From assembly GCA_965203485.1 (NCBI GenBank), contig OZ241892.1, positions 1,824,001 to 1,888,000 of the forward strand: a stretch of DNA of 64,000 bases, written 5' to 3'. Positions 31,401-41,147 of the stretch are shown here, in pieces (the stretch's first letter is position 1; every line of letters begins with the position of its first letter). Made by a program: the position numbers and the translations under genes. The notes below the pieces were generated by a model. The model saw only the letters and a program-made list of their open reading frames with translations. It was not told the DNA's origin and made no database searches. The DNA is from Longimicrobiales bacterium (GTDB taxonomy: Bacteria; Gemmatimonadota; Gemmatimonadetes; Longimicrobiales; Gaopeijiaceae).

Positions 31401-34075
31401 AACGCAAACCTGGCGGCGCGGGCGCACCCCGGGGCCTGCCGCGTCTGCGTCCCGATCCCCAGCGCCAGTTCCGCATGTTGCGTCTGCGTCGTCAGAATAT
31501 CAACGTTCGTGTTGAACCCAACGGCCACCCAAATCTGGTCCCCAAGCCCGAACACGCTGTCCGTGCTCGCAAAGAACTTCTGCACCCCCAGCGGGGTCAC
31601 GAAAAACATGGCCGTCACGTAGGGCACGTCGCCCGTCACCTTGTGCCCCGACGCGTTCGAGATCGCGTTCGTCCCCAACCCCAAGTTCGCGGCCGTCGTG
31701 CCGCCCGCGATCCGGATCGTCCCGCCGTTCAGCGCCAGCGCGCTCGCGCCGATGCTGATCCCGTTCGCGTCGCTGTCCGTCAGCACAACCGTGTAGCGGA
31801 ACCTCAAAGACTTGGTGCCCGAGCCCGCCGCGTAGTCCGCCTGCCGCGTCAGCGTGTCGATCCCCAGCGCCACACGCGGCGTTCCCGTCACGTCCACCGG
31901 ACGGTCGAAGTCGACCTTGACCTCGATCGTGTTGTCTTCGGCGTACGCGCTGTCAGCGCCCGGGTCGCTGCTGATCGTCACGCCGCTGACGTTCGGCGCC
32001 ACCTCCACGGTGCCGTCCACCTTGTAGGCCACATTGTTCGTGAACGTGTGGTCAGCCAGCGACACGTTCGCGTCCGTCGTCGTCCCCTGCCGCCGAATGT
32101 AGGCCCCGGACCCGGCAGGAAACGTCAGCGCGTTCGCGCCGATGCTGATGCCGTCCGCGTCCACGTCCGCCGCCACGACCGTGTAGCAGAAGAACGCAAA
32201 CCTGACGTTCTGGCCGCACAGCGGGGCCTGCCGCGTCTGCGTCCCGATCCCCAGCGCCAGTTGCGCCTGCGTCTGCGTCGTCGACGCAATCCTAATGTTC
32301 GTGTTGAACCCAACGATCACGCGAACCACATCCCCCGATCCGTAGACGCTGTCCGTGCCGGCATGGAATATCTGCACCCCCTGCGGGTTCGCGAAAAAGA
32401 TGGTCGTCACGTAGGGCACGTCGCCCGTCACCTTGTGCCCCGTCGCGTTCGAGATCGCGTGGCCGCCCAGACCAAGGTTCGCGTTCGCCGATCCGCCCTT
32501 GAGCTCGATCGTCCCGCCGTTCAGCGCCAGCGCGCTCGCGCCGATGCTGATGCCGTCCGCGTCCGCGTCCGCCACGACCACTGCATAGCGGAACCTCAAA
32601 GACTTGGTGCCCGTGCCCGCCGCGTAGTCCGCCTGCCGCGTCTGCGTCCCGATCCCCAGCGCCACCTGCGGCGTTCCCGTCACGTCCACCGGACGGTCGA
32701 AGTCGACCTTGACCTCGATCGTGTTGCCTTCGGCGTACGCGCTGTCAGCGCCCGGGTCGCTGGAAATCGACACGCCGCTCACGTTCGGCGCCACCTCCTT
32801 CGTGCCGTCCACCTTGAAAGCGGCATTGTCCGTGTTGTCGTGCGCCGCCAGCGACAGGATGGCGTTCGTCGACGTGCCATGCCGCCGGATCGCGCCCCCG
32901 GGTATGGTCAGCGCGTTCGCCCCGATGCTGATCCCCGTCGAGTCCCTGTCCGCCGCCACGACCGTGTAGTTGAAGTACAGTGAGTGGGCGGTAAACGCGT
33001 AGAAGGTCGCGGTTCTCGTGTTCGCCCCGATGGTCAAGGCCAGCCGCGGCCACTGAGTGTGCCAGCTGATCGACCTGTCGAACGTCACCTTCACCCTGAT
33101 GACGTCTTCCAGCCCGAAGGTGCTGTCCGCCGCCGCCTGCGTCATGACAGCGCCGTGTTCGGTGATGTATTCCACGGCGGATACGACCGGCGGCGTCACC
33201 TTGGTGCCGTCCACCTTGAAGGCCACATTGTTCGTGACCTGGTGGTCAGCCAGCGACAGGTCGGCGTTCGTCGTCGTCCCCGCGGCAACGACCCGGGCTC
33301 CGCCAGGCAGCGTCAGCGCGTTCGCGCCGATGCTCAACCCGTCCGAGTCGCTGTCCGCCGCCACGACCGTGTAGCAGAAGATCAAGAAGGACGCCACTGA
33401 GTTGCACAGCGGCGCACTCCGCGTCTGCGACCCGATGTTCAGCGCCAGCTGCGGCGTTCCCGAGCCCCTCACGTCCCTGCTGAATCGGACGGCCACCCTG
33501 ATCCGGTCGCCCACCCCGTAGACGCTGTCGGCCTGTTCGAGGTTCGCTAGGAGGATCTGGACTCCGCGGGTCGGATGAAGGAACCAAACGGACGCCACGG
33601 CGGGAACGTCGCCCTGCACCTTGTGGGCCGTCGCATTCGAGATTGCATGGGTGCCCAGCCCCAGGTTCGCGGCCGTCGCGCCGCCCGCGATCTGGATCGT
33701 ACCGCTGTTGAGCGCCAGCGCGCTCGCGCCGATGCTGATCCCGTCCGCATCGACGTCCGTGGTCGCTACCGTGTAGCGGAAAGTCAGCGTGCTCGTGCCC
33801 GTCCCGCTTGCGTAATTCGCCTGCTGCGTCGCCGCGCCGATCGTCAGCGCCAACTGCGGCGTGCCCGTCACGTCCACCGACTGGTCGAAACGAACTTCGA
33901 CCCCGATCACGTCGGTCGCGGCGTACGTCGAGTCGACGCCCGCGTTGCTGCTGATCGACACGCCGCTCACGTTCGGCGCCTGGGCGCTCGCGGCGACCGG
34001 CAACCCGGCGGCAACCAGCCCGGCGACCACCAGCGCCAGGCCGAGAGCCGAAAGAAGCCTTCGCGCTACCGGCAT
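19427..34075 (-). CDS. Giant repetitive surface protein / autotransporter-like adhesin (~4,880 aa): signal peptide, 29 Ig-like repeats, 4 cadherin repeats, 1 CADG-like Ig domain, C-terminal beta-barrel
   Basis: Uninterrupted 14.6-kb ORF; signal [32 protein letters not shown]; repeated [12 protein letters not shown]..TRQAxY..GT..LxFRY.V...DxDxDGISI; helical linker then amphipathic strands (WTVWGRA, LLVGVAG, VHPYVHW). Start may be 34075, 34093 or (slipped) 34170. Confidence 0.9.
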   Translation of the reverse strand: MPVARRLLSALGLALVVAGLVAAGLPVAASAQAPNVSGVSISSNAGVDSTYAATDVIGVEVRFDQSVDVTGTPQLALTIGAATQQANYASGTGTSTLTFRYTVATTDVDADGISIGASALALNSGTIQIAGGATAANLGLGTHAISNATAHKVQGDVPAVASVWFLHPTRGVQILLANLEQADSVYGVGDRIRVAVRFSRDVRGSGTPQLALNIGSQTRSAPLCNSVASFLIFCYTVVAADSDSDGLSIGANALTLPGGARVVAAGTTTNADLSLADHQVTNNVAFKVDGTKVTPPVVSAVEYITEHGAVMTQAAADSTFGLEDVIRVKVTFDRSISWHTQWPRLALTIGANTRTATFYAFTAHSLYFNYTVVAADRDSTGISIGANALTIPGGAIRRHGTSTNAILSLAAHDNTDNAAFKVDGTKEVAPNVSGVSISSDPGADSAYAEGNTIEVKVDFDRPVDVTGTPQVALGIGTQTRQADYAAGTGTKSLRFRYAVVVADADADGISIGASALALNGGTIELKGGSANANLGLGGHAISNATGHKVTGDVPYVTTIFFANPQGVQIFHAGTDSVYGSGDVVRVIVGFNTNIRIASTTQTQAQLALGIGTQTRQAPLCGQNVRFAFFCYTVVAADVDADGISIGANALTFPAGSGAYIRRQGTTTDANVSLADHTFTNNVAYKVDGTVEVAPNVSGVTISSDPGADSAYAEDNTIEVKVDFDRPVDVTGTPRVALGIDTLTRQADYAAGSGTKSLRFRYTVVLTDSDANGISIGASALALNGGTIRIAGGTTAANLGLGTNAISNASGHKVTGDVPYVTAMFFVTPLGVQKFFASTDSVFGLGDQIWVAVGFNTNVDILTTQTQHAELALGIGTQTRQAPGCARAARFALFCYTVVAADMDSDGISIGANALTFPTGSGAYIRRQGTTTDANVSLAGFEVTNDIAFQVDGAQEAAPNVSGVTISSDAGADSTYGASDTIEVKVDFDRPVDATGTPQVALGIGTQTRQAGYAAGTGTRSLRFRYTVVLTDSDSDGLSIGASALALNGGTIEIAGGSAVANLGLGSHAIANAAAHKVNGAQAVPHVTGTVIASDAGNDSTYASGDTIEVGLVFNENVDVTGTPQLALGIGSAVKQAGYATGTGGDSLVFRYVVAPGDEDVDGLSVSAGALALNGGTIRRAGSATVNAYLGLQVHTIANAAAHKVLGGPPTVSGVFFVTPANTGLTYASTDSVFGLGDEIRAAVSFGVAVTATGTPRLALGIGTQTRSAVLCDTTGANVLVFCYTVVAADSDSDGISVGANALTLPGGATLRATGSTTGANLSLAPWNFANSALFQVDGTKEVAPGVSGVAIASDAGTDSTYHRFEAIRVEVAFDRAVDVVGTPQLALGIGAATRQAGYASGTGTSTLTFQYSVGPSDSDADGVSIGTSALALNGGTIEIAGGSAAAALGLGSHAIANAAAHKVAGDRPVVTGVSLGSPVTGDVFERGDTIEARVSFGRWVTVTGTPQLALTIGTATRQASYASGSGSGSLAFRYVVASGDADADGLSVGAGALGLNGGTIAVTGGTANALLELQTWHVITNSAGHKVDGGTLTAASVSGVSVASVPSGGDTYLLGDTIDVAVAFTRLVAVTGTPQLAIGIGSSTRQASYASGTGTDTLLFRYAVVAADADTNGLSIGAGALGLNGGTVADARDVSVAAGLGLGSSAVSNSTGHKVDGSRVRPARVLSVTLNTVPPTSQWNQFVAGDWMQVTVEFSAAVDVVGTPQVAIVIGTATRQAAYASGTGTATLVFRYQMHGYDPRDDDGIGVARDALALNGGTIRRAGSSDAALLDFGRAYTGTATNPTHRAGVSGIAVSSPGSGGTYGVGETIEVTVSLSHTAVLVSGAGPQLALGIGTQTRQASMVLGGGNTYNPLRFRYVVQAADADADGISIAANAITGGNVQSQHSVRPPFWGLGRLAIANDGMRKVDGSLGAVVSGLSIGSPPSGDVFERGDAIEVAVAFNRAVDVAGTPQLALAVDTLTRQASYASGTGTDTLVFRYVVVAADADTLGISIAANALSLNGGTIRQAGGTTNAVLGLGGHAVTNSSGHKVDGGTLTAASVSGVAITSAPSSDSTYGRTERIEVAVEFVRAVTVTGTPQLALGIGTATRQAAYASGSGTRTLVFRYVVVAADADSTGISIGASALALNGGAINDARDGTAAASLGLGSHAVANDRSHKVNGSLGPPGVASLSIGSPVAGTTFERGETIEVSVVFSRPVDVGGTPQLALGIGSATRQADYASGTGTDTLVFRYVVAAGDADADGISIAASALALSGGTIKVAGGVLDATLGLGAGVVVTNSAGHKVAGGTFTTPSVSAVTVSSAPASASTYQLGESIEVKVAFSRPVAVTGTPRLALGIGTATRQADYDSASSSADTLVFGYAVRPTDVDADGLSIAAGALALNGGTINDARPGATAASLDLGSNAITNAASHKVNGGLGPPGVTGLAVAPPPAGAVFERGDTIVATVRFNKAVDVTGTPQLALGIGAQTRQAAYASGTGTAALVFRYVVATADADADGLSVGASALALNGGTIDVAGGTTDALLSLERHAIGNDGALRVSGATFTASSVSGVSISSSPASDSTYGRTERIEVEVTFDRNVAVTGTPQLALTIGDSTRQASYASGSGTKTLAFGYVVVAADSDANGLSVGPAALALNGGAIDDARDASEAAGLGLGSHAISNALAHKVNGSLGPPGVTGVTLGSPPVGTTFERGDTIVATLAFNRAVAVTGAPQLALGIGSATKQAVYASGSGTSSLEFRYVVVTADVDADGLSVATTALGLNGGTVRLAGGTLDATLGLGTHAISNSAGHKVAGGTFTASGVTGVAVASSPASGATYGLGERIEVRVTFARAVAVTGTPQLALSFGAATRQADYAGGTGTPQLSFGYVVVAGDADSDGLSIGASALALNGGTIADGRDGSTAAALGLGSSAVADAAGHRVDATRGPPGVMGVTIGSPQVGDTFERGDTVEVEVEFNKPVAVTGAPQLALGIGAATKQAGYAGGSGTAALAFRYVVVSADADADGISVAAGALALNGGTIKVSGGTADALLGLGAHAVANSAGHKVAGGTFTASSPSAASVTSAPASGDTYGLSERIEVRVTFARPVVVTGAPQLALGIGAATKQAGYAGGSGTRALVFGYVVASADADADGISVGASALSLNGGAIADARDGSTAAGLGLGSSAIANAGAHKVDGSVEGAPAVAGARLASAPSGGGSYGLGEEIRVAVRFDRAVAVTGTPELALGIGAATRQAGYASGSGTSELEFAYVVQAADADRDGISVGAGALSLSGGTLVVAGGTAAAVLSLGSHAIVNASGHAVAGTLEAAPVVTGARLVSSPANGSAYGLSERIAVALAFSRPVDVAGAPQLALGIGSATRQAGYASGSGTAELVFGYVVAGGDADADGVSVAAGALALNGGTIVIAGGRVAAVLSLGTHALSNVAGHLVDGSAETAPAVAGVTLASAPIGGGRYELGEEIRVHVRFDRAVAVTGSPQLALTIGAQTRTARFVRVVGYGAAARAGWAGVAAGYAGARWAGGSAGGAGGSAGALGATQGAALEFAYAVQAADADADGLSVGAGALSLNGGAITLLGGTAAAGLSLGGHALTNVGGHLVDGSVVSPPAVAGVEASRPQSGGRWRAGQTIEIAVVFDRPVSVTGGPRLALAMGTRTVHAALASASGRRVEFAYEVRPHDRAPNGIALAAGALDASGAAIVSAADGSTPAALSLGSHAFASDPTRRVEGGGGEPEPGRPPKFGAESYAFELAENVAGAVVVGAVSAVDPDEGDEVYYRLREGGGGLFEVDETSGEVSYVGAGEDYEAGPREHALVVSAADVGGLASTVRVTVKVTNANEAPAFERASWTFELAENAAGPIVLGTVSATDPDEGEALSYSLVSGGGGLFELDASSGAVRYVGAGEDYETGPREHALAVAVADAGGLRAAAGVVIAVADADEAPVFEQASWTFELAENAAGPVVLGTVSATDPDEGEALSYSLVSGGGGLFELDASSGAVSYVGAGEDYETGPREHALVVAATGADGLAAQAAVVVTVADVNEAPVFEQASWTFELAENAAGPLAVGAVAAADEDEGDVLSYSLVSDGGGLFELDASSGAVRYVGAGEDYETGPREHALVVAATDRGGLAATANATVVVTDVNEAPEATAQIAVAALDAHGAAVQETLDAYFRDPDGDALAYAAESSDTAVAAASVAGGVLTIQPFAIGTASVTVTATDPGGLAAEQTVAVVVEASRSERARVLEGALAAFGRSLGAEAVDVIGGRLGIESAGGLGRSHLQLGGRAVGCDGGFAQRAEDRVGAAGAAAQAGAGAETGARACGWQALARAASGLLGVQVALPSAGGLGGAPSAGALDPAALLFGGPGAGAGGLGGPAGGGLGMGGDYRGQQEPAAATPGGVTLNPLSGGDLLERSSFQLSLGGGAASDSGAFGAQDAAGLRPGWTVWGRAGMGGYEGRPADGLRFDGGRARSAHLGADYRFASGLLVGVAGARSSFETEFESAVNGAGSVAASLTSVHPYVHWSPTGGLGLWALAGAGTGDATLEETAGGRFGADIAMLMGALGARRELAGGIALKADAFSVRVRSDDAADLAGVTARAHRVRLAPEVAKTWALGGEASLRTRLELGARLDAGDAETGLGAEAGGEASFDHAPTGLSVAMRGRALLAHQAEGLREWGAGVSLRLQPGGGAEDGLSLSVEPAWGAGAGATGELWRQGAAALEPAVQTAPTAAPSGWAPGRMAMELGWGVALDNGATITPFGRWSQDAGAGQRFNAGARFSLLGPSAQSGTGVHSPADPAQSLRFLLHLYGEHASSPLEPPQRRLGIAGAIQLR
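21490..22702 (-). repeat. Four tandem cadherin-like repeats, 303-nt period
   Basis: [47 protein letters not shown] with Ca-binding AEN, DxD, DYE and DxNE motifs; shared DNA at 21738, 22041, 22344. Confidence 0.9.
22705..33979 (-). repeat. Array of 29 Ig-like ~125-aa repeats with higher-order dimer structure
   Basis: Counted by eye from the translation; 792-nt near-identical duplication (e.g. 31621 vs 32413); alternating FERG-type and DARD-type units in the middle. Confidence 0.88.
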
Positions 34076-34134
34076 GGCGGCTTTGCCGCGCACGCCGTGG
34101 CCGTCGCACGGGTAATGTCGAGTCGAAGGAGAAC

Positions 34135-34154
34135 GGGGGGGGGGGGGGGGGGGG
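34135..34154 (-). repeat. Homopolymer G20 (C20 on the coding strand) at the 5' end of the giant gene
   Basis: 20 consecutive G at 34135-34154; the only run of such length seen in the window. Confidence 0.93.
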
Positions 34155-34303
34155 CTTGGGTCCGATCCATTGCTATGCCGACCTTGGTTCTAGGTTGCCT
34201 TCCTGCATGTTCGGCGACAATCGCACCACGAGCGGCCGACCCGGCACCGAATCTCCACGACGATCGCCGGAAGATAACCGGTCAATCAAGATTCCGACCA
34301 AAG

Positions 34304-35203
34304 CTACGCTCGCGGATGGGCGTTCAGGTAGACCCGGCGGAGCCGATCCTTGGACGTATGGGCGTAGATCTGCGTCGTGTCGAGCGAGACGTGGCCCAAG
34401 AGGTCCTTGACGGCCATGATGTCGGCGCCGGCGTCGAGGAGATGGGTCGCGAAGCTGTGCCGAAGCGAGTGGACCGACAAGCCGGCGGCGGCGGAGAAGT
34501 CGGCGAGGGCCGCTTGCACTGCCCGCTGGATGTAGCGCGTCGAGATGCGCCCCCCCCGGAGGTTCACGAAAAGCGCCCGGCAATGCGGAGGGGCCACTTC
34601 CGCCCGGCGCAACAGGTAGTTTTCGACGGCTTTCGCAGCGGGCGGCGTGACCGGGACGATGCGCTCCTTGGACCCCTTGCCCACGACCCGGATTTGGTCG
34701 TCCAGAAAGGAGTTGACGTTCAGCGAGCGAAGCTCCGATACGCGCAGGCCGCTGCCGTAAAGCAGTTCCAGCCACGCCAGGAGGCGCGCGCAAGCAAAGT
34801 CGTTCTCCCGGGCGGCGCGCGTTTCCGCCCACTCGAGGAGCGCCTCGATCTCGTCCAAGCTGGCGTGGCCGGGCAGGATGCGGTCCAGCTTCGGGCCGCG
34901 CATGGCGGCGGCGGGGTTGGACTCGATCTCGCCGGTGCGATGCAAGTGCCGGAAGAGGCTGCGCACGGCCGACAGCTTGCGGGCGACGGTGCGACGGGAG
35001 AGTCCGCGGCGCCCGGCTTCCCCGAGGAACGCCCGCAAGACCGGCCTGTCCACGTCGGCCCATGCGAAGTCGGGACGCCCCAGATAGCCGCCGACGAATT
35101 CCTCGAGGTCGGCCAGGTCGCGACGGTAGGCGGCGATGGTGTGGGCCGAGAGCCGACGGACGGTCTCGATGTGTTCGAGGAACCGAGCGGTGTCCGTCCT
35201 CAT
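34304..35203 (-). CDS. xerC: Tyrosine recombinase XerC
   Basis: LSAHTIAAYRRDL, LLYGSGLRVSEL, GKGSKER, HSLRHSFATHLL, LLGHVSLDTTQIY, HPRA end; topA-trmFO-xerC-hslVU context. Confidence 0.93.
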   Translation of the reverse strand: MRTDTARFLEHIETVRRLSAHTIAAYRRDLADLEEFVGGYLGRPDFAWADVDRPVLRAFLGEAGRRGLSRRTVARKLSAVRSLFRHLHRTGEIESNPAAAMRGPKLDRILPGHASLDEIEALLEWAETRAARENDFACARLLAWLELLYGSGLRVSELRSLNVNSFLDDQIRVVGKGSKERIVPVTPPAAKAVENYLLRRAEVAPPHCRALFVNLRGGRISTRYIQRAVQAALADFSAAAGLSVHSLRHSFATHLLDAGADIMAVKDLLGHVSLDTTQIYAHTSKDRLRRVYLNAHPRA

Positions 35204-36567
35204 GATGAAGCGGCGTCGCCGACCGCGGCGGCGAGGGGCTGGGCGGCGGGCGTCCGCTCGAACACGACGCCCGCATCCGCCGCCCATCGGCGGAAGCGAT
35301 CGAGGGCGCGGGCCGCCAGCGCCTCGCGCCTCGCGGCCTTGCCGCCGCGCACCGGCGGCATCGGATCGACAAGGCCCCAGTTGGAGTTCATGGGCTGGAA
35401 GGCGCAGGGGTCGGCCTCCCTCAAGTAGCGGCAGAGACCGCCGAGCATCGACTCGGGCGGCGGCGTCACCGGCTCCTTCCCTCTCAGCGCCCGGTCCAGG
35501 TTGATGCCGGCCAGCAGGCCCGACGCCGCGGACTCCGTGTATCCCTCGACGCCCGTCAACTGTCCCGCGAAGAACAGGCGGGGGCGCCGGCGGGAGGCGC
35601 CGTGGGGCGTCAGGCATCCCGGAAAGTTGAGGTACGTGTTGCGGTGGATGGAGCCCCAGCGAAGGAATTCCGCGCGCTCCAGTCCGGGGATCATTCCGAA
35701 CACGCGCCGTTGCTCGCCGGTGCGAAGCCGCGTCTGGAAGCCCACCAGGTTCCACATCTGGCCCGCCCGGTCCTCGCGGCGCAGCTGCACGACGGCGTAG
35801 GGGCGTCTGTTCGTGCGCGGGTCGCGAAGGCCGACCGGCCTCATGGGGCCGAAGCGCGGCGTGTCCCGGCCGCGGGCGGCGAGGACTTCGATCGGAAGGC
35901 AACCGTCGAAGTAGGGGACGGCGTCCCAGTCGGGGCCCTCGCGCACCTCGGCGGCGCGAAGCGCGTCCACGAAGCCGGCGTAGCGGGCCTCGTCCATGGG
36001 GCAGTTCAAGTAGTCGGACTCCTGCGCCCATCGTCCGGCGGAGAACGCGACGTCGCGATCCAGCGAATCTCCGTGCACGATGGGCGCGATCGCGTCGTAG
36101 AAGGCCAAGCCGTCGTGGCCGAGCTCTTCCGTCACGGCATCGGCCAACGCAGCTGAAGTCAGCGGTCCGGTCGCCACGACGGCCGGTTCATCCGGCAGGC
36201 GCGGCATCTCCTCGCGAACCACTCGGATGCCCGCCTGGGCCGTCACCCGCCGCTCCAGCGCCTCGGCGAAGAGGGTCCGGTCCACCGCCAGCGCGGAGCC
36301 GGCCGGGACCCGGGACTCCTCGGCGGCCTCCAGCAGCACGGAGCCCAGCAATGCCATTTCGCGCTTGAGCTCTCCGTGCGCCGTGGACGGAATCTCGCTC
36401 TTGAACGAGTTCGTGCACACGAGTTCGCCCAAGGCGCCCGTCTGGTGGGCCGGAGTCTGCGTGTCCGGCCGCATCTCGACGAGCGCGACCTCGTGGCCGC
36501 GGCGAGCCAGAGCGACGGCCGCCTCGCACCCCGCGAGCCCGCCGCCCACCACCGTCACGGCGCTCAC
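35200..36567 (-). CDS. trmFO: tRNA (uracil-5)-methyltransferase TrmFO (Gid)
   Basis: VVGGGLAGCEAA, ELVCTNSF, FYDAIAPIV, NLVGFQTRL, AGQLTGVEGYTESAA. Confidence 0.96.
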   Translation of the reverse strand: MSAVTVVGGGLAGCEAAVALARRGHEVALVEMRPDTQTPAHQTGALGELVCTNSFKSEIPSTAHGELKREMALLGSVLLEAAEESRVPAGSALAVDRTLFAEALERRVTAQAGIRVVREEMPRLPDEPAVVATGPLTSAALADAVTEELGHDGLAFYDAIAPIVHGDSLDRDVAFSAGRWAQESDYLNCPMDEARYAGFVDALRAAEVREGPDWDAVPYFDGCLPIEVLAARGRDTPRFGPMRPVGLRDPRTNRRPYAVVQLRREDRAGQMWNLVGFQTRLRTGEQRRVFGMIPGLERAEFLRWGSIHRNTYLNFPGCLTPHGASRRRPRLFFAGQLTGVEGYTESAASGLLAGINLDRALRGKEPVTPPPESMLGGLCRYLREADPCAFQPMNSNWGLVDPMPPVRGGKAARREALAARALDRFRRWAADAGVVFERTPAAQPLAAAVGDAASS

Positions 36568-36592
36568 GCGGACATGGCGCCAGGACGCGGCA

Positions 36593-39244
36593 TCATCGCC
36601 GTCTGGCGCCTGCCGCTCGGCGTGGCCGCGACTGCTTGCGCCGCGACTGCTTGCGCCCGCGCGCGTCGGCGAGGAGAGCGACCGCCTCCTCCATCGTCGT
36701 TTCCCCGGGCTCCCTGCCGTCCTTGGGCGTGGACGCGTTGACCTGCCCGTCGGTGACGTACGGCCCGTAGCGGCCGCTCCGCACCTCGATCTCCGCACCC
36801 GTCTCGGGATGGGGCCCGAGCTCCTTGAGCACGTTGGCGCGCTTCGCGGTCGCAAGAAGCTCCAATGCCTCGTCGAGCGCGACCGAGAACAGGCGGTCCG
36901 AATCCAAGTTGCGGTACTCGCCGCCGCGCGACACGTAGGGCCCGTACCGTCCCAGCCCGGCGATCACGCGCTTGCCCGTCTTCGGATCCTTGCCCAAGTC
37001 GCGGGGGAGCGACAGCAGGCGCAGGGCGTACTCCAGCGTCACCTCGCTCACGTCCACGCCGTCCGGGAGCCGGGTCCGCCGCGGCTTCTCGCGGATGCGG
37101 CCTTCGCCCAGCTGGACGTACGGACCGTAGGGACCGACCCGCGCGTACACGGGCTTGCCCGTTTCCGGGTCCTTGCCCAACACCGCGTCTCCGGCGGCGC
37201 GGGCGTCGAGCAGTTCCATGGCCTTGTCGGGCGAGAGCTCGTCGATGAGGAGTTCGGCCGGAATCGTGGCGCGCCTCTCTCCGTCGCCCGATCCCCGCAC
37301 GGCGATGGCCGAGTTGCGGCCGATCCGCACCCCGATTTCCTCGCCGGTCTCCGGGTCGGAGCCGATGCGGACGACGGGAAAGGCGATGTCGGGGAGCCGC
37401 GACTCGATCATTCGGACGAGGCCCATTCGCCTGCCGTCTCCGACCCCCTCTCCGTCTTCGCGCCCGTCCTCGTCTCCGTTGTAGAAGGCGCCGAGGAACC
37501 TCTGCGGCTGGGTGCCGCCCGCGGCGATGTCGTCGAGCGCTTCCTCCATGCGCGCCGTGAACCGCAGATCGACGTACTCGCCGAAGTGCTCGCAGAGCAA
37601 CTGGTTTACCGCCAAGCCCACGTAGGTGGGCACCAAGTTGCCGTTGCGCTTGCGGACGTAGTCGCGGTCCTGGATCGTCGAGATCGTGGGCGTGTACGTG
37701 GACGGGCGCCCGATTCCCTCGTCCTCCAGCTTCTTGACCAGCGACGCCTCCGTGTAGCGGGGCGGCGGCTTCGTCTCCCCCGCCTCGGACTCGACGCCCG
37801 CCAGCGTCGCGGCGGAGCCCTCGGGGCCGACGAGGTCGCCTTCGTCCAGCGCGGGGAGGAACTGGTCGCTGCGCCGGGTTCCGTAGACCTTGAGGAAGCC
37901 GGGGAAGCGAAGCACCGAACCGGTCGCCCGAAACACGTGCGTCTTGCCGTCGGCGTCCGCCTCCAGATCGGCGGTCGCCCGTTCAAGGCGGGCGTCGGCC
38001 ATCTGCGAAGCGACGGCGCGGCTCCAGATGAGGCCGTACAGGGCCAGCGCGTCCTTGTCGAGGGCGAGCCGCTTGGCCATCTCGGGAGTGCGCGACATCT
38101 CGGTGGGACGAATGGCCTCGTGCGCTTCCTGGGCCGCCTTGGACTTGGTGCGGTAGCGCCTGGGCCCGTCGTGGTACTCGGGACCGAACGCTTCGCGGAC
38201 GTAGCGCCCGGCGTCGGACAGCGCCTTCTGGGAAAGCGTGACCGAGTCCGTCCTCATGTACGTGATCAGGCCCTCGCGGTCGCCTCCGCCCAAGTCGACC
38301 CCCTCGTAGAGACGTTGCGCGAGCCGCATGGCCTTCTTCGGACTCATGCGCAGGCGGCTGCTCGCGGCCTGCTGCAGCGTGGACGTCGTGAACGGAGGCG
38401 CGGGCCGCTGCTTGACCGACTTCGTCTCGGTCGAGCCGACGCGCCAGGGCACCGCCTCAAGCGTTCGTTCGCGGATCGCCGCGGCGGCGGCTTCGTCGAG
38501 CACGATGGCCTTCGATTCCGGGAGGCGCTCGCCGGTCGTGGCGTCGAAGTCGCGGCCCGTCGCCACGCGCGCGTCGCCGACGCGGTGCAGGACGGCGGTG
38601 AACGATTCGTCGCCGGATGCGAAGGTGGCCTTGACCCGCCAGTAGACGGACTTCTTGAATCGCCGGCGCTCCTCCTCGCGGTCCGCGACGAGGCGCAGGG
38701 CCGCGCTCTGGACCCGCCCCGCGCTGAGCCTGGAGCGCACCTTGCGCCAGAGGACGGGCGAAAGGGTGTATCCGTAGAGCCGGTCGAGGATGCGGCGCGC
38801 TTCCTGGGCGCGCACGAGCCGGTCGTCTACTCCGCGAGGACTGGCCAGCGCCCGCTTGATGGCGGTGCGCGTGATCTCGTGAAACGCGATGCGCTTGACC
38901 GGTATCTTGGGCTTCAGGACTTCGAGGACGTGCCAGCTGATGGCCTCTCCCTCTCGGTCCTCGTCGGTGGCGAGGACGATCTCCTCCGCGCCGGCGACGA
39001 TCCGCCGCAACTCGCGCACGCGCTTCTGGCTCTCGGGCGGCACGACGTAGACGGGCTCGAACCCGTTCTCGACGTCCACCGCCATTCGCGCCCAGTCCTT
39101 GTTTCGCACGGCCTTGGGGATCTCGCCGGCCGACTTCGGGAGGTCGCGGATGTGTCCGAAGGAAGCCTCGACACGATACCCCGGACCGAGGAACTTCTCG
39201 ATCGTCTTGGCCTTCGCGGGCGATTCCACGATCACGAGCTTCAC
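36593..39244 (-). CDS. topA: DNA topoisomerase I
   Basis: LVIVESPAKAKTI, ATDEDREGEAI, SAGRVQS, ITYMRTDS, GIGRPSTY; C-terminal GRYGPYV (non-zinc-finger) repeats. Confidence 0.97.
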   Translation of the reverse strand: MKLVIVESPAKAKTIEKFLGPGYRVEASFGHIRDLPKSAGEIPKAVRNKDWARMAVDVENGFEPVYVVPPESQKRVRELRRIVAGAEEIVLATDEDREGEAISWHVLEVLKPKIPVKRIAFHEITRTAIKRALASPRGVDDRLVRAQEARRILDRLYGYTLSPVLWRKVRSRLSAGRVQSAALRLVADREEERRRFKKSVYWRVKATFASGDESFTAVLHRVGDARVATGRDFDATTGERLPESKAIVLDEAAAAAIRERTLEAVPWRVGSTETKSVKQRPAPPFTTSTLQQAASSRLRMSPKKAMRLAQRLYEGVDLGGGDREGLITYMRTDSVTLSQKALSDAGRYVREAFGPEYHDGPRRYRTKSKAAQEAHEAIRPTEMSRTPEMAKRLALDKDALALYGLIWSRAVASQMADARLERATADLEADADGKTHVFRATGSVLRFPGFLKVYGTRRSDQFLPALDEGDLVGPEGSAATLAGVESEAGETKPPPRYTEASLVKKLEDEGIGRPSTYTPTISTIQDRDYVRKRNGNLVPTYVGLAVNQLLCEHFGEYVDLRFTARMEEALDDIAAGGTQPQRFLGAFYNGDEDGREDGEGVGDGRRMGLVRMIESRLPDIAFPVVRIGSDPETGEEIGVRIGRNSAIAVRGSGDGERRATIPAELLIDELSPDKAMELLDARAAGDAVLGKDPETGKPVYARVGPYGPYVQLGEGRIREKPRRTRLPDGVDVSEVTLEYALRLLSLPRDLGKDPKTGKRVIAGLGRYGPYVSRGGEYRNLDSDRLFSVALDEALELLATAKRANVLKELGPHPETGAEIEVRSGRYGPYVTDGQVNASTPKDGREPGETTMEEAVALLADARGRKQSRRKQSRPRRAAGARRR

Positions 39245-39906
39245 GGCGATGCGTCTCCCTCGCTTGTTGCGCTCAAAGGCGCCGTCGGCGGCCGCGATCC
39301 GGGATCAGGCCGAGGTTGCGCGCAAGCCGAAATGTCCAGGCGGCGGAGAATCTCGGCAGCGACTTGTCCGGGCGCCAGTTCGTCGGTGTCGATTCTAATG
39401 CCGCACCGCGCGTAGAAGGGAGTCCGCTCGTCCAGGAGGACGCGCGCCGCGGCAAGCGGATCGGGCACGTCGAGCAGCGGCCGGTCTCGCAGTCCATCGC
39501 CGATGCGGGCGAGCACCGTTCGCGGACGAACGCGCAACCACACGCAACGCGCCCGCCGGGCGAGCGCGTCCACGCGGCCCGGGCGGGCCGCCCATCCGCC
39601 TCCCGTGGCCAGCACCACCGGCGGCCCGACCAGGATCCGGGCGGCCGTCTCGGACTCCGCGCGGCGGAAGAAGGACAGCCCCCGGTCGCGAACGATGGCC
39701 GGCACGGGACGGCCGAGGCGCCGCTCGACGGCGGCGTCCAAGTCGACGAAGCCGCACCCGAGCGCGCGCGCCAGGATGGGGCCGACGGTGGACTTGCCCG
39801 CGCCCATGAAGCCGACGAGCAACACCGGGAGACGCGGGTTCGGCGGAAGTGGGTTCGCCTGCGCGGGACCCGGGACGGGGCGCGCATGGCCGGTTGCCGG
39901 GTTCAT
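39241..39906 (-). CDS. aroK: Shikimate kinase
   Basis: LVGFMGAGKSTVG, FVDLD, FRRAE, LATGGG, RPLL; overlaps aroC stop and topA start. Confidence 0.92.
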   Translation of the reverse strand: MNPATGHARPVPGPAQANPLPPNPRLPVLLVGFMGAGKSTVGPILARALGCGFVDLDAAVERRLGRPVPAIVRDRGLSFFRRAESETAARILVGPPVVLATGGGWAARPGRVDALARRARCVWLRVRPRTVLARIGDGLRDRPLLDVPDPLAAARVLLDERTPFYARCGIRIDTDELAPGQVAAEILRRLDISACAQPRPDPGSRPPTAPLSATSEGDASP

Positions 39907-41147
39907 GCGGGGGCCGGGACGGGAGCCGGGGCCGAACGCCCTCGAAAGCCGCGTTTCGACAGGCGGGTCAAGTACGATTCGAGGTTGCGCGCGAGTTCGT
40001 CGATCGAATCGCCGCCGAACTTCTCCAGGAGCGCGTCGGCCGCCACCAGCGCCACCATCGACTCGGCCACCACGGCCGCCGCGGGAACGGCGCACACGTC
40101 GCTGCGTTCGACCGCGGCGTCCTTCGCCCGCCCGTCTCGGAGATCCACGCTCGGAAGCCGCTTGCGGAGCGTGGAAATCGGCTTCATCGCGCCGCGCACG
40201 ACGAGCGGGGCGCCGGTCGTGATGCCGCCTTCGAGGCCGCCGGCGCGGTTCCCGGACCGCACGAACCCGCCGCTCCTCGCAGACGCCTCGTCCCTTGCGA
40301 TGGCGTCGTGAACTCGAGACCCGGGCCGTCCGGCGTTCGCGAAGGCGGGACCAATCTCGACGCCCTTCACGGCGTGCACCGACATCACCGCCTGAGCCAG
40401 CCGGCCGTCGAGCTTGCGGTCCCACGAGACGTGACTCCCCAAGCCGACGGGAAGGCCTCGCGCCACCACTTCGAAGCAACCGCCAAGCGTGTCGCCCGCG
40501 TCGCGCGCGTCGTCGATCGCCGCCTTCATCGCCGCTTCGGCGTCTCGGTCGAGGGTGCGCAGGGGCGAGGCGTCGGCTCGGCCGTTCAAGTCGTCCGGCA
40601 ACCGATCCGGCGCGCGGGCCTCCACGGGGCCGACTCGGGTGACGTGGCTGCCGATCGTCACACCGAGCCGTTGCAGCAGCGTTCGGGCCACGGCTCCGCA
40701 GGCGACGCGGGCGGCGGTTTCGCGGGCGGATGCGCGCTCCAGGACGTCGCGGGCGTCGCGCCGGTCGTACTTGAGGACTCCGGCCAAGTCGGCGTGGCCC
40801 GGGCGCGGGAGGTACACGGGGCGCAACGCCCTCGGGTTGGCGTCCGCGGCCGGGGCCTCGTGAGCCATGGCGGTCGTCCAGTTTCGCCAGTCGCGGTTCC
40901 AGATGATCAGCGAGATCGGCGAGCCCAGCGTGGAGCCCAGGCGAACGCCGGAGACCAGCTCCGCCCGGTCGGACTCGATCTGCATGCGCCGGCCGCGTCC
41001 GTAGCCTCCCATCCGCCGGGCGAGTTCGGGATCGATGTCGGACGCGGCGGCCAGAGGCAGGCCGGCCGGGACGCCCTCCAGCACGGCGACAAGGCCCCGG
41101 CCGTGCGATTCGCCCGCAGTGCGGAACGACAGGTTGCGAAGCGGCAT
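39903..41147 (-). CDS. aroC: Chorismate synthase
   Basis: TAGESHG, PRPGHADL, ERASARETAARVA, NRAGGLEGG, MKPISTL, ERSDVC. Confidence 0.97.
   Translation of the reverse strand: MPLRNLSFRTAGESHGRGLVAVLEGVPAGLPLAAASDIDPELARRMGGYGRGRRMQIESDRAELVSGVRLGSTLGSPISLIIWNRDWRNWTTAMAHEAPAADANPRALRPVYLPRPGHADLAGVLKYDRRDARDVLERASARETAARVACGAVARTLLQRLGVTIGSHVTRVGPVEARAPDRLPDDLNGRADASPLRTLDRDAEAAMKAAIDDARDAGDTLGGCFEVVARGLPVGLGSHVSWDRKLDGRLAQAVMSVHAVKGVEIGPAFANAGRPGSRVHDAIARDEASARSGGFVRSGNRAGGLEGGITTGAPLVVRGAMKPISTLRKRLPSVDLRDGRAKDAAVERSDVCAVPAAAVVAESMVALVAADALLEKFGGDSIDELARNLESYLTRLSKRGFRGRSAPAPVPAPA

Noticed and set aside
19274..31402. 4042-aa plus-strand ORF (and its continuations to 35428)
   Set aside because: Exact antisense codon register of the giant gene; stays open because TTA/CTA/TCA are nearly absent; Arg-rich translation with no motifs
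31200..32790. Diversity-generating retroelement explanation for the variable repeats
   Set aside because: No reverse transcriptase or non-coding template repeat in the window; differences between duplicated units include non-adenine changes (GGC/GCC, GTC/GCC). A remote trans-acting element is not excluded
34304..35203. XerC as a shufflon invertase or integrase acting on the adjacent repeat gene
   Set aside because: It lies in the standard topA-trmFO-xerC-hslVU context, all repeats are in direct orientation, and no inverted recombination sites were seen
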